This document shows positions 52,244 through 64,000 of a stretch of DNA of 64,000 bases, piece after piece. Each line of letters starts with the position of its first letter. Position 1 is the stretch's first letter. The translations under genes were made by a program, and so were the position numbers. The notes under the pieces were generated by a model. That model was given only the letters and a program-made list of their open reading frames with translations, had not been told where the DNA came from and ran no database searches. The DNA is taken from sequence record MK327931.1, one strand, 5' to 3'.

Positions 52244-52280
52244 TGTGAACATTATATCACAAGAATCTAATATGTTCACA
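52244..52280 (-). promoter_or_regulatory. Extended -10 promoter TGAACA-16-TATAAT bracketed by the inverted repeat TGTGAACAT/ATGTTCACA
   Basis: Direct reading of the sequence. Confidence 0.55.
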
Positions 52281-53471
52281 TTATTTTCATTAGATTTTAA
52301 TAATATTGTACCAGTTATCAAAATCCTCAATTGCTAGAATGAACATATTTTCATCATTGAAATCTAAAATATGTTCATTGTATAGGTAACTAATGTACTT
52401 GTTTTTGCATAGTCTAGCATTCATTAGTAACATTTCTACTGCACGTTCATAAGAACAAGGAACAAGGTATAACTTAGTACCATCTTGGTGAATAATTTCC
52501 TCAGCACCATGTGGTATAAAACGTTCTGCTGTATGTGGAATATACGGCTTAGTTTTAAAAATAATTTTGAATTTAGTATCCATACCAAATCCTCCAGATT
52601 TATAATGTTTCTTTTATGTTATGTAACATAGTATTAACTATGCACATCTTACCACCTAACTTGTAGTAATATTCTAACTTATTAATAATATTACTTTTTA
52701 ATATATCAAATATTTGATATTCATTTGGATCGAAACTAAGTTCGAATTGGAATGTATATAAATTGTTAAAGAGGTGAACTAATGATGCATCTGGTGATTC
52801 CATTGTAACTGTATATTTTTCACGATAACCAGTACTAATCACTACTTCGGATATATCACCTTTCATGTATATGTCAATATTGTACATCATTGGTCTGCCT
52901 GTGGCAATATCTTTCATGCGAAAGAATGCAGTACTACGATATACAATGCCTTCTGAAACCTGTTCTTGTATAGTGATATTTGAAACTTCACTCTCTTGGA
53001 ATTTGGACTCGAATGAATGAGTGTAATTTGTTTTTTCATTATCCGTGTGCATAGTACATGTGTATTTTCCAAAATCATCTCTAGATGTATATGATTTATC
53101 ACTGCTAGTTTTATAGAACGAAACACCATTAATATGTTGTTCTTTATACATCATCGTGTCATGGGATTTGTAGTATGAACAATTAGGTGTTGAAAGAGAT
53201 TCAAACTTGTTCACGTCATGACAGTAAGAAATAGAAGAATCGCTATACATTACTACATCACGAATTGCAACTTCTTTTGTAAAACCTTTTTTGACGGAAA
53301 TTTGAAAGTCATTGTATGGGAAGATTGTATATCCATCGTATGCATCTGATGTACTGATACCAAATGGTGTAGTAGAATTCAGAAATTCGTTGATATGTTC
53401 AAGTACTGAATACTTTTTAAAATTAAGAAAATCTGAAATATCTAACATATACAATCCTCATAAATTTAGAC

Positions 53472-53500
53472 AAAAAATTAGTCGAGAATAAATCTCGACT
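53472..53500 (-). terminator. Terminator overlapping stop codon
   Basis: AGTCGAGA/TCTCGACT plus U6. Confidence 0.7.
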
Positions 53501-53609
53501 TGTGTTTTACTTTACCATTTTTCATTTCTTTTTTACGATCCACATGTGTCTGAGGCTTGTTAAACTCATTCATGTGTTTCTGTACGAAATTGTTTACTTT
53601 CTTAGCCAT
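53478..53609 (-). CDS. Small basic conserved-type phage protein (43 aa, not in ORF track)
   Basis: MAKKVNNFVQKHMNEFNKPQTHVDRKKEMKNGKVKHKSRFILD; RBS GGAG. Confidence 0.65.
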   Translation of the reverse strand: MAKKVNNFVQKHMNEFNKPQTHVDRKKEMKNGKVKHKSRFILD

Positions 53610-53611
53610 AC

Positions 53612-54085
53612 TTACTCCAAACTGGGATCTTTAACTGTTAGACTTTCTATGTCACTCGCATAAAGAACTACATTGGATTGATTTTCAGACACTTTAAAGT
53701 CGTGATAACTGTCTTTGACGATAAAATTATCTAATATAAACCCTTTACTACAGCACATCATAATTTTATCATCTTTGATTGTGTAGGTGTTTTTCTTTTT
53801 ACGTACTTCAGATTGTGGCGTAATACTATCGTTATTACGAATAACACAATCAATATATTGTTCATTTGTACTCATAGGCATACCCATGATAAACGAGTTT
53901 TCAGTACTGATTGTTAGTATAAAAACGTTAGTATTTGGGTTGTGAAAAAAATCATGCATTGTCTTGCTACACAAAAATAGACATTGAATAATGTCCTTCA
54001 CATTAAACATTATATCATGAACTTTGAATGCGTCCAACTCTAAAATGTCATCAATTTTCCCATTTTCAACAGTTTTAATCTCCAT
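53612..54085 (-). CDS. Hypothetical protein
   Basis: ORF with RBS. Confidence 0.6.
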   Translation of the reverse strand: MEIKTVENGKIDDILELDAFKVHDIMFNVKDIIQCLFLCSKTMHDFFHNPNTNVFILTISTENSFIMGMPMSTNEQYIDCVIRNNDSITPQSEVRKKKNTYTIKDDKIMMCCSKGFILDNFIVKDSYHDFKVSENQSNVVLYASDIESLTVKDPSLE

Positions 54086-54127
54086 GATCTATCCTTGATC
54101 TTCTAATGCACTCCATGTGCGTTTTTA

Positions 54128-55980
54128 TTAAGTCACTGCATTATACTTCTCTATAGCATTAGTAATATTTAATATAGCTTCAGGAACCATTTCTTTATTG
54201 TATTCACGTTTTAAATTTTCCATTTTCTTAATAATTTCCAAGAAAAATGGCAAAATACATGAAGTATCTGTAAAATTACATGAGTACAAAGTACTCATTT
54301 GAAATAATTCACCTGAATCAATATTAAGAGATTTGTATTCCTTAACAATGTTTTCGTTTGTATTGAAAATATGAAATACTGTTCCCATGTGATGAAGATA
54401 TACACCATTCTCATTTTGAATATGGCATGGTGTGATTACAATAGCAGTGTTGTCAATATTATTTACTATTGATAAACGTAGACTATGTAAACCTAAAATA
54501 ACAGTACAATCACTTGAACTGCTTTGAATTTGGTCAGCAGTTTGTGTAACACTTGTAATATTTTCCCCATCAAGACAACTCTTGATTTTATCAAATGAAT
54601 TTTTCATTGATTTAGTTAGATACATTTATGAACACCTTCGAAATATTTGATTAATGATTTTATCATATCGCTACTAATGCCATGTAAGTCAACACCTAAA
54701 CACTCGTATTGAAAAAAATCAATATCCTCCAGTGTGTTTAGATCAATTTCCACCTTATCATGACCCAACGAATTCATAATAACGTTTTTATCATTAATTG
54801 TCAAGAAAGTTTTTTTATCTGAACCTAAAAAGATTTTTACATGTTTTTTTGGCATTACATCATAAGATAAAGATTGTGAACCATAAATGTATATGCCTTC
54901 CATTGAACCAATATCTATAAAATATAGACGAATCCCTTTGTGGTATTTTGACTCCTTAGTGATCGCCTCTATTAGTTCATCTGTGGTTGTTAACCTTGTT
55001 TCTTTCTTCTCTAAATTGCTCAAATGCATAAAATAATACCTTGATCATTTGTAATGTTTCTGACATTACATCAGCAGAAAATTGAACATCAGTGTATTTT
55101 ACCATAGTACTTTGAGTAAAGAAAGTAGCTTCAATATCTTCAAGGTCAAATGGTTCATCAAATAAATTAGTACTGAACATATCAGTTTTTTTCTTATAAG
55201 TCAACATAAACTTAGCACTGTATCTCAATACAATTTCATCTTTACTTACTAAAATTCGTGCAATGTTCTGTCTACCCAGTGTTGTAATGTTAACATTAAA
55301 CGTATTCTTTCGTGCCTCAACAATATCAACGAAATAACCATCACCTTGGTAAACGTTATGACGAACTTCTAATCCTTGTTGAACTGTATTGAACAGTGCG
55401 TCCTGGATAAAATAATTTGCAGTATCGATGTTTCCTAAAATATCTAACATAACTTCTCCTTTATAGCTGTCATATTTAGAAGAAATTCAGTAAGCAATTC
55501 CTCCGTAACATGCTCTGTATACCAGAATATCACAATATCTTTTGAAAGTCGTGTATTCATAAAAATATCTACTAACTCTTTGTAGAACTCTAGTGTTTCG
55601 AGATTTGTGAGAATTAACGAGTACTGAAAGAGTAATTCTTCCGTTAGATTAAATTCTGGATAAAGTAAATCATTGAACTCATGTGATGCAGTTTGAACTT
55701 TAATTTCTTTGAAGTTATTGGTTATACAACCGGAATAAATATTTCGGTGCAACTCTCTGTACAACGCAGCATAATCTATGAATTTTGCTTTAGGGTTAAA
55801 ATCAAGAACACTTTCACCTTTATATGACAATCGGTGGAACGCCGAGAACATAGTCACTTCCCACGGTTGCTTAATATCTAGCTCAGTAATATCAATATTA
55901 TTGGACAGAAGAACCGTAAAAATCTCACCAATCTTTAATAGTAACTTAGTACGTGCCAGTGCTACCATCGGGTCAGTCAT
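54128..55980 (-). other. EExxFQ family CDS x4 (54128..54625, 54616..55029, 54977..55450, 55444..55980)
   Basis: GELFQMSTL / DIDFFQYECL / EATFFTQSTM / EELLFQYSLI. Confidence 0.7.
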
Positions 55981-56393
55981 TATACACCTTCATATTCATC
56001 AAGAAAATCTTCGATAATCATTTCAGCTTCATCCATATGCATAGCATCAACTTCAATGATGCGAACTTTAGATGCATCCCAAATCATAAAGCTAGGAACA
56101 TTATCAGGCTCGTAGTCATTTTTGTACTGAACAGCATCATAACCTTGAGCAGTGCAATTCTCAATAAGTGAACGCCACTCATCATCACTGCCTAAATCTT
56201 CACACAGAAGCACGTTATCAACATCAACTTCTAAGGTATGCAAGTATACTGTACATGCGTCTACTACGTTCAGTGGGCTTCTCAGCTTGCGTAATGCAGC
56301 TTCCAAAGCACTGTGTTTACCTCCCATATGAAGACCACCATACGGGATATAAAAGTTATCAATTTTTACAGTACTCGCATGATACAGTTTCAT
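55980..56393 (-). CDS. Possible ADP-ribosyltransferase-fold protein (ART-PolyVal-like)
   Basis: KLYHAS ... GGLHMG ... QGYDAVQYKNDYE ... SFMIWDASKVRI. Confidence 0.5.
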   Translation of the reverse strand: MKLYHASTVKIDNFYIPYGGLHMGGKHSALEAALRKLRSPLNVVDACTVYLHTLEVDVDNVLLCEDLGSDDEWRSLIENCTAQGYDAVQYKNDYEPDNVPSFMIWDASKVRIIEVDAMHMDEAEMIIEDFLDEYEGV

Positions 56394-58145
56394 ATTTCAT
56401 TCCTATTTCAGTACTTTAGTCAATGCTTTCACAGCGGTTTCGAGTTGAGCATAGTCGTTAATTGTAAGGTAATGAATACCATGTGCCTTCATTTCAGCAT
56501 CTATTTTACTATATAAATCAAACATGTCAAGGATATGATTGTATGCATATGAAGTATTTGAAACACACAATTCTTGGAACAAACGTTCTTCCAAGTCATT
56601 CACAACTTCTCCATGAATGTCAAGTACTACACCATCTTTGTAAGTGTAGTACTCTTCACTCCACTCTTCAGAAAGTCGGAACAGTAACGGATTCCCGCCG
56701 AACACTTCCATGTCATAGGAATTTATCTCACTAAGTAGTGTTTCACCTGGTTCTGGTGTGAAGTCAAAATATGCGAGTGTTGTACCATCATAGTCCTTGA
56801 GTGATATACCAGTATGATTTAAGGTTACTTCACCATAATTATTATTCTTGAACTTGATTTTGATATTAATCTCAATGTATTTTATTGTCTCATCATCACT
56901 GAAATTGTAATCAACTTTATACTTTTTCCAAAGAAGTTTGATATCTTTGAAGTACTTTAATTTACTTTCAATTTCTTTAAAGTCCATCTGGAACCACCAT
57001 TTCTTGAATGTGCTTACATTTTATATTTGCCATATTGGTATGTAATATAATGCTGTGTTTACGCAATGATTTTACTTTGTAGCACTCATTGAGTACTGAA
57101 ATAATTCCCCATAACTCTTCTACACTAATAGTGATAGGTTCACTTGTACTCAGTTGCATCAGTGCTGCTTGAACATCATCTTTGTTATTAATAGTGAACT
57201 GGATTCCTCTTTTGAGAATTTTAGTTTTTGGATTGTACTCAGCTAATACATCACCTTCTGGATAACCCTCATGAAGTAATAATGTTGTTTCAAAATCACC
57301 GCAGTTGAAGTTAATTTCATCATAATCAGGTACACAAATGTTCCCTTCCCCGTACTCATTAGGTTCAGATTCTAGTGTTAAAATACGCTGAGTCTCATTG
57401 CTCAGGATGATAGAATCATTCCAGTACTGGGTAGTGAATGCTCTACGTTTCTTTTGAAAGCACATACTCGACATTGAACCATACTTCTTGTATATGGACT
57501 TCTTGAACTCAATAGCAGCAGGAGCCACCTTGATAACTTCACGAATTAAGTCAATAGCTTCTTGATAACTTTTTCTCATTTATCGTATCCATATAAAATA
57601 TGATCTAGTGTACTTTGTACTTCTTCATGAAAGAATGAAGGGTAAACTTGTATCAATTTATCTTTAAGTTCAAGGGAATGGCATAGTTCTAATGTTTTGT
57701 AACAATCCTCGTACTGTGCCAGATCATGTAATGTACTTAACTGAAAATGTTGTTCTTCGGAGTACAATAAATCATAAACCATATTATCGGATAAAAGATT
57801 AGATTTGATTGAAGGATCAAGTACTGTCTGGTGGTGACCAACCCAAAAGATAGCTTTTGAGTTAATGTTATTACAACCCCATCCTTTCCCCATCTTTTGG
57901 TGAATAGCAAATACACAGGAATCATACAAATTAATGCTCAGACGTTCTTCGTCTGCATGGATAGTTACACCATCAATAGATAGTGTATATTTGAAATCCA
58001 TAGCCCCCTCACTTCGTGCACGAGAACTAAAGACCAGATATCGATGAATTATGGTATTGATTTTATCTGTCCATCCATCAACACATTTGGATGCACATAA
58101 TGTAAAAAGATCATGATTGTAGTTCATAAAATTCTCCTTTAGGAC

Positions 58146-58174
58146 AATGTATCATACAAAAATACCAGAGTCAA
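58146..58174 (-). promoter_or_regulatory. Sigma70-type promoter TTGACT-17-TACATT
   Basis: Exact spacing, TGn extension; -35 in the terminator loop. Confidence 0.7.
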
Positions 58175-58183
58175 CCCCTGGTA
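58158..58183 (-). terminator. Intrinsic terminator
   Basis: ACCAGGG/CTCTGGT plus ATTTTT. Confidence 0.65.
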
Positions 58184-61100
58184 CGAATTTAATCCATCAT
58201 AAGTGGGATAATTGCCCATATCTTTTTCATAATCATATCTTCAGTAAAAACAAATGTTTTAGGAGCAGTATATGATATTGACACACCAAATGGAAGTTTG
58301 ATTGCATCATCAATTATATTATGAATATCAAACCATGTTTTAACATAATCATACGGTGGAAGTTCATGAATTGTACTTAACTGAAAGTAATTCTCTTCAC
58401 CAAAATCACTATATTCAATTTCACAAATTTTAGTGAATTGATGATTCCATTTAGATATAATACTATTTTTATTATTGTACATAGTAGTTCTATGCATAAA
58501 ACCATTTTTGCTAGTATGATTTGATATTACGTTTTCTTCAATGTCAGTATCTATTTTAAAATTCATATCAAAGTTGTAGTACGGACTTGACGATTCTTTG
58601 AATTTTAAATGTAAATTGCGATTGTTATTAATTTCAATTTCAATACAAAACACATCTGAATCAAAACGATTAAACTTGTAATCGTTATCTTCCGGTAGAT
58701 TCTGTATTTTTTTCATAATACTAAGCATAGGGTGTACTACACTTTTAATAAAATCATTTGTTATTTTCATAGTATTCCTTTAGAACTTTATATGATTCAA
58801 CAATACTATCTTGTGTATAATTTGAACTATATACAACAGCACTTGTTTTAGTTGACCATAGATATGACATAAAGGTTATAACACTACTACATGGACTTAA
58901 TGTATTGTTTTGAAATTCAATTTCTTCAATGTTATCAGTACTGGTATAGATGAATTGGAAAGTACCCATTGATTTATTGGACAGCGATACTATAGTAGAA
59001 TCCGTACCAGGACTATACATGAATGTCTCATTACTAATTGAACTATCATTAGTATATGATGGTTTGGGAATATAAATCAAACGCATGATATCGCGTTCAA
59101 GACCTGACTTATTACTTTCCACCAAAGAAATCATATCTATATTTGATATATGTTCAACACTGACATGGAACTTTTTGTCGAGAATCACATCTCCATGAGA
59201 ATTTTTATATGAAGACAAAATCTCATACATCTCAACTAATTCGCGTGCATTTAATAAACTCATGTTTTGTCTCTTAATGAAAGAATATCCTTAGTATAAA
59301 CTGAAACAGAAATATGATTATATTTCATCATTAATTTATACACATAAGAAGCTAGTACTAAATCGTAAATTAATTTAGTATTATACAGTACTTGGTATTG
59401 TAACGCAAGTGAATCAATATCATCTTTACTTTCAATATCCAGAAATGTACCGAAAAATGTAGTACCGTAGAGATGAAAAGTGGAATTAATGCAATCAATG
59501 CATTCATTGTCCAATAGAGTAGATGCTGATGCCCTCGGTGAATCCCAAATAGTCACTGCGTGTATGCCCTCAACGAACAAATCTATCCATATTTTGTGTC
59601 GTTGTCTTTTTTTTGTTTTATAATTTTCTGGATTTGAAAGTGTAGTTTCAATTATATCCCATATGTACAAACAATCATCTCTTGTCATTATATAACCTTA
59701 TCCATTGCTGCATTTAATGCTTTTAAACGATCTACATTCAAATTATTGAAGATGTACGTTCCTAACATGTGGAAATCGAACTGGTTCTTTTTGTATTCAT
59801 GATAAATTAAACTACAAAAAATAATAGTACTAAGAACCTCTTCAGGTATAACAGTGCTCATCTGGAACAGTTCTTCTTCAACTGTACTTGAATCTGGATT
59901 GATAGATTTTAACACATACTCTTCATCACCGAATAGTACTTTAATATTATATAAAACACCAACAGTACTAATATGGAATGGGTGGTGTGAAAAACTTCCA
60001 TCATCCTTAATTTGTATATCGGTTCTAATCTCACACTCTTCATTACTTTTACTTTTATTTTTTACAATACAAATATTTCTGGCCCCAGAAATAGTAAGAA
60101 TACCGTGGTCGTAATATTCATTTGACCAACATTTGGATGAAATTGATACATCACGGATGAGATATTGTTTTTCAATTTCTTTCGCACTACCAACAATTGA
60201 TAGCATTTTTTTACTGATATCATATAATAACTGATGGCGTTCTGTCATATAACTATAAGCGTTCATATTTTTCCTTAACAGATTCTATATTTTGAAGTAG
60301 TGTATTCAGAACATCAGTCTTGCAATTGATAAAATCATTGTACATAACTAGTTCACCACAATCAAGAATTTTTGCAGTATCGTAACAAAGCATTAAGTAC
60401 TCGAATTCTTTGTAATTGTCCAACAAGGATTTCTGGAAAATGAATGCATCTCGAATATCTTCACTTTGGTCTAATTCTGGTGGAACATCCAACCCAATAA
60501 ATCCATCATCTTCACTGAAATTAGATTCTACAATTTTATTCATTTTTTCATGTAATGCATTCGCAAATACCATATTAGAAGAAATAGAACCAATACGTTC
60601 ACGATTTCTGGATGTGCGAATGTACATAGTAATCGTATCCCATGAACTTTTAATTTTTTTAGAAAATTCATAAGTTTTATATACATCCAACTGAACTGAT
60701 CCAAAACGATGTTTGGATTTGTTTTCAATTTTCAGTCGATAATCATCAAATTCAACAATTTCTGTAATGTCATGAATCTCTGAAAGTTCTGCAATGTCAT
60801 GCATGAGTCTCAAAATTTTAGTTCTGATATGGTTCATTGTGCATCCTCGAATTTAACAGGTACATGTTCATTAATGAAATTCTTAAGAGCCTGTACTAAA
60901 TCCTCTAATTCTTTTGTACTGTATTTTAAAATAGTTTTAAAGTGAATCAAATCTTTTCTTTCCATGATCTTTGGAATTTTATATGCTAACTCTAAACAGC
61001 GTACAGTACTGGCATCATACAAAAGGTTTGCGTTGAACATTAGAACATTGTATTCATCAGATGAAATTTTATAATTATATGTATCAATCACTTCATGTGT

Positions 61101-61427
61101 GTATAAATTCTTATACACAATTTTATTCTCACTGAAGTTTGAGCAAACACACAGATGATCGTTGTAAAATGAAGAACGATAATCTTGTTTACGTTGTACA
61201 TCTGCTATGATTTGTAATACTGTATATTTTTCTTCAGAATCCAACTCAATGTTTGCATAACTGCTCGCAGTTTCAGATACAAGGATATTGATGTTATATT
61301 TCTCATTAACTTTAATGTACTGGCGTGAGCCAGTATCAGGAATGAACTTAAAACAATGCTTCAGAAGTAATGTGACTTCTTTAATTAATTCAGTACTCAT
61401 AGATTCCTCCAACTCTAGTTAAAATCA

Positions 61428-61456
61428 AGTATAACACACCTGAATGCTCTTGTAAA
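61428..61456 (-). promoter_or_regulatory. T4-early-like promoter TTTACA-17-TATACT
   Basis: Exact spacing with TGTG extension. Confidence 0.7.
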
Positions 61457-61467
61457 GCCATAAACAC

Positions 61468-61489
61468 AAAAAGACCCATACGGGTCTTT
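61468..61489 (-). terminator. Intrinsic terminator
   Basis: AAAGACCC/GGGTCTTT plus U tract. Confidence 0.8.
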
Positions 61490-63989
61490 ATTTTGGTAAA
61501 ACACTGTCGATGTACGCTAGAACCTCATCTCGAAGGTACGTTCCATCTATAGTTAGGTAATAGTTCATGGGAATATCACTCCCAACCTTCTCATAAATTT
61601 TCATACATGATATCACATCTTCATCACAAATGGTACTCAATTGAAAAATAACTTCATCGGTTAACGGTACGATATCATGTTTAGATAGGGGATTTGTATT
61701 TTCATTCAACACAATATTAATCAAGTTAGGAGTATTCTTTGACGAAATATAACGATGCTTACTACGAATTACCATTCTCGATAGTGAAATACTGGAACTC
61801 CATCTTGGATCAACATCTTCATATGATAACGATATTAACATCTCGTGAAAATCTTGAAATTTCATTGACGCATAATATGTTTTATCCTCACCGTACATAC
61901 CAAATGATTTAAATTCAATATCCCCCACTTTGTATGTATCGACATCATTATTTGAGAACTTTATTAAACTATTAATTAGTCTAATTAGAATATCATCTTT
62001 ATCCATTCTTAAATAACTCCAAGTGCATGTCGTATAAATCTCTGAAGTCTTCATAGAAATCTTTTTCTTCGAGAATATTCTTTAAACTGGGAATCTCTTC
62101 CATAATTTCATCTATATCTGATTCTATGAAAAATCCTGATGGATTATCGTAGTTTTGTAACAGATAACTGAAAGTAATAATGTAAAGAAGTTCATTAGGA
62201 TTGTGAATTAAACTTAGCTGGAACATAGCTGATTCTAAATCTGATTCAGTACTAAGATCAACCCAACGTGAATTTCTATAATCAATTCGTACTTGACTTG
62301 TATTTGGATTCCATGTGAAGCAATGTGTACCAATATGACCTATACAACCAACCCTTGTACTGTCTCCGGTATCAACACTGATATCAACAAATAGTTCAAT
62401 ACCGATATCGGTTGATGTTACACGACCTTTTTTCAGAAATAAATCATTATCCTTACGAAATTGTTTGGATGAAAGAGTGTCAATGATGCACATCAATGTT
62501 TTTGCAAATGCAACACAATGACGAAATTCAAGCCTATGAAATTGGTAATCATTGATATTCATAATTCAACCCTCAATATTTTATCAGCAATAGATATAAC
62601 CTTATCATTGAATACATTACCAATCTCAATCCTTATATACATAGCAGGTGGAATCTTTCCTTGTAGTGAATAATATGTTTGTATACCTAAGTACTCATTA
62701 TCTGATAATGAAAATTTGATTCTCTCCATATCAATGTCTGTTACTGGTAAATCTATCATTTCATAATGGTAGTCAACGTTTTCATTGTATATTTTATCGA
62801 AGTAATTTGAATAATCACTACTAATGTAGATGCTATCATCACGAATAATTACTTTATAATCAGAAGGTTCAAATTTATCTTTACAGGAAAAGAATGCATC
62901 ATCTATTTTCTCTTCTCTTATGCCAAATAACATTCTACCATCATATTTTACATCAAGAATACTACCTAGTATATTAATGGTACAATGCTCATCAATATTA
63001 TGATGTAATGAACGTTTTTTGTATTTTGGGTTAATGAAAATTTTCATTAATTTTATACAAATTTCAGTAATGCATTTTACATTCTCATTTTCTATGTACA
63101 TTAAAAGCCCTCTTTAATTCTTTTACATTTTTAATGAATACTTTCATTGCAGAAATCTCAAAAGATAATGTATTAAATTTGCAGTACTTTTTAAAGTACG
63201 ACATAATATATAACATTTTGAGTTCTTTTTCTGTATAAATTAAACTGTTTTGAAAGTAACTTTCTTCGGAAATGTCCGTAAGAAAAGAATAAAATGTATT
63301 TTGCTTGTGCACAATTTTAATACTATCAGACCAAGATTTGTATGAAACGTAATCAGTACGTGCAAAATCATATAGTGAATTAGATGTATCTGTGTATGTT
63401 TCCGAGAACACAATCTTATATATCTTATCTTGAATTCGAGAACATATGTACCTATGGTCATCTGTCTCACTGATTGCAATGTATCTATGGAGTAAATCTT
63501 TATGAGCATTGATGAACTCAAACACTTCTAAACACTCCCTAGCGAACTTCATAGTTTCTCTGTACTTTCGGTTCATTAGTCTCTCCAAACTTTACCAGGG
63601 AAGTGTTTCTCGTAGTACTCATCATCACTTAACATATAATCAGGAGTTTCTACTTCTATGGTTTTGAAGATTGTTTCTGGAATGTGTGTGACTTTATTGG
63701 GTTGTACTTTATGTTCGCGTAAAACCTTCTGTATCGCTCCTAGACGTTGTAAATCGATACATGTAGGAAAGACTAAGCTGTACTGAAATAACTCATCAGG
63801 GGTCATTATAGACACATCTTTAGCTTGTTTGATTTGATAATTAGTACTAATGAATATATCAAATCCTTGTACAGCATTATAGCTTACATAGGTTGTTTTA
63901 TTTTTGTCAATAGGAGCACTTAAACGATATCCATATATCCCGTGTTGGTCAACAACACAACGTTGCATAATTTTAATCATTTCTAACAT
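61488..63989 (-). other. EExxFQ family CDS (61488..62054, 61999..62562, 63085..63588, 63576..63989) and similar-sized 62559..63101
   Basis: DEVIFQLSTI / ESAMFQLSLI / EESYFQNSLI / PDELFQYSLV. Confidence 0.7.
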
Positions 63990-64000
63990 AATTTACCTCA

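Larger units (their letters stand above)
50569..53454 (-). other. Hypothetical CDS (50569..51423, 51476..51781, 51831..52217, 52290..52583, 52600..53454)
   Basis: Tiled ORFs with RBS. Confidence 0.65.
56403..61412 (-). other. EExxFQ family CDS x9 (56403..56987, 56977..57579, 57576..58127, 58189..58770, 58754..59263, 59260..59688, 59688..60266, 60253..60837, 60834..61412)
   Basis: EERLFQEL / AALMQLST / EEQHFQLSTL / EENYFQLSTI / EEIEFQNNTL / (weak) / EEELFQMSTV / AFIFQKSLL / (weak). Confidence 0.7.
1..64000. repeat. Dispersed highly iterated palindrome AGTACT (often CAGTACTG)
   Basis: Manual count ~174 AGTACT and ~42 CAGTACTG. Confidence 0.9.

Noticed and set aside
6712-60728. Numerous plus-strand and nested short ORFs in the track (e.g. 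6712+, 10715+, 14405+, 28220+, 38409+, 49010+)
   Set aside because: Antisense or out-of-frame shadows of well-supported minus-strand genes; no RBS or motifs
1-64000. CRISPR array or DGR built from AGTACT repeats
   Set aside because: Sites are irregularly spaced 6-8-mers inside genes; no long direct repeats, spacers, RT or TR/VR pair
1-64000. Stop-codon reassignment
   Set aside because: Recognisable enzymes are full length under code 11 and end in TAA, TGA or TAG normally
1-64000. tRNA genes
   Set aside because: No TΨC (GTTCGA) arm plus acceptor stem found in the intergenic spaces

Overview
AT-rich (~30-32% GC by eye) 64-kb segment of a large lytic T4-superfamily-like (jumbo) myophage. The gene mix recalls RaK2/GAP32-type enterobacterial jumbo phages, but this is from memory, not a search. 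Nearly all genes tile the minus strand; there is one plus-strand gene. Left end: putative virion tail/baseplate proteins behind TAAATA late-type promoters, and an nrdD-DUF4326-nrdG operon. Middle: PhoH, Nudix, Sir2, ClpP and other peptidases, deaminases, phosphoesterases, DNA ligase, PNK/phosphatase (PseT), RNA ligase 1, a cytidylyltransferase-like enzyme and a Dam-family MTase. Right half: tandem arrays of small paralogous hypothetical proteins. No tRNA, CRISPR array, integrase or transposase was seen. Standout signals: (1) genome-wide over-representation of the palindrome AGTACT/CAGTACTG (~170 and ~40 copies by manual count vs ~20 and <1 expected), reminiscent of cyanobacterial HIP1; (2) a ~640-nt hairpin-dense, promoter-fed non-coding region that may be a large ncRNA; (3) an exactly positioned class II FNR promoter in front of phage nrdD; (4) a ~20-member protein family sharing an E-E-x-x-F-Q-x-S-[TL] motif. 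N-runs at 23.4-28.0 kb limit interpretation there.
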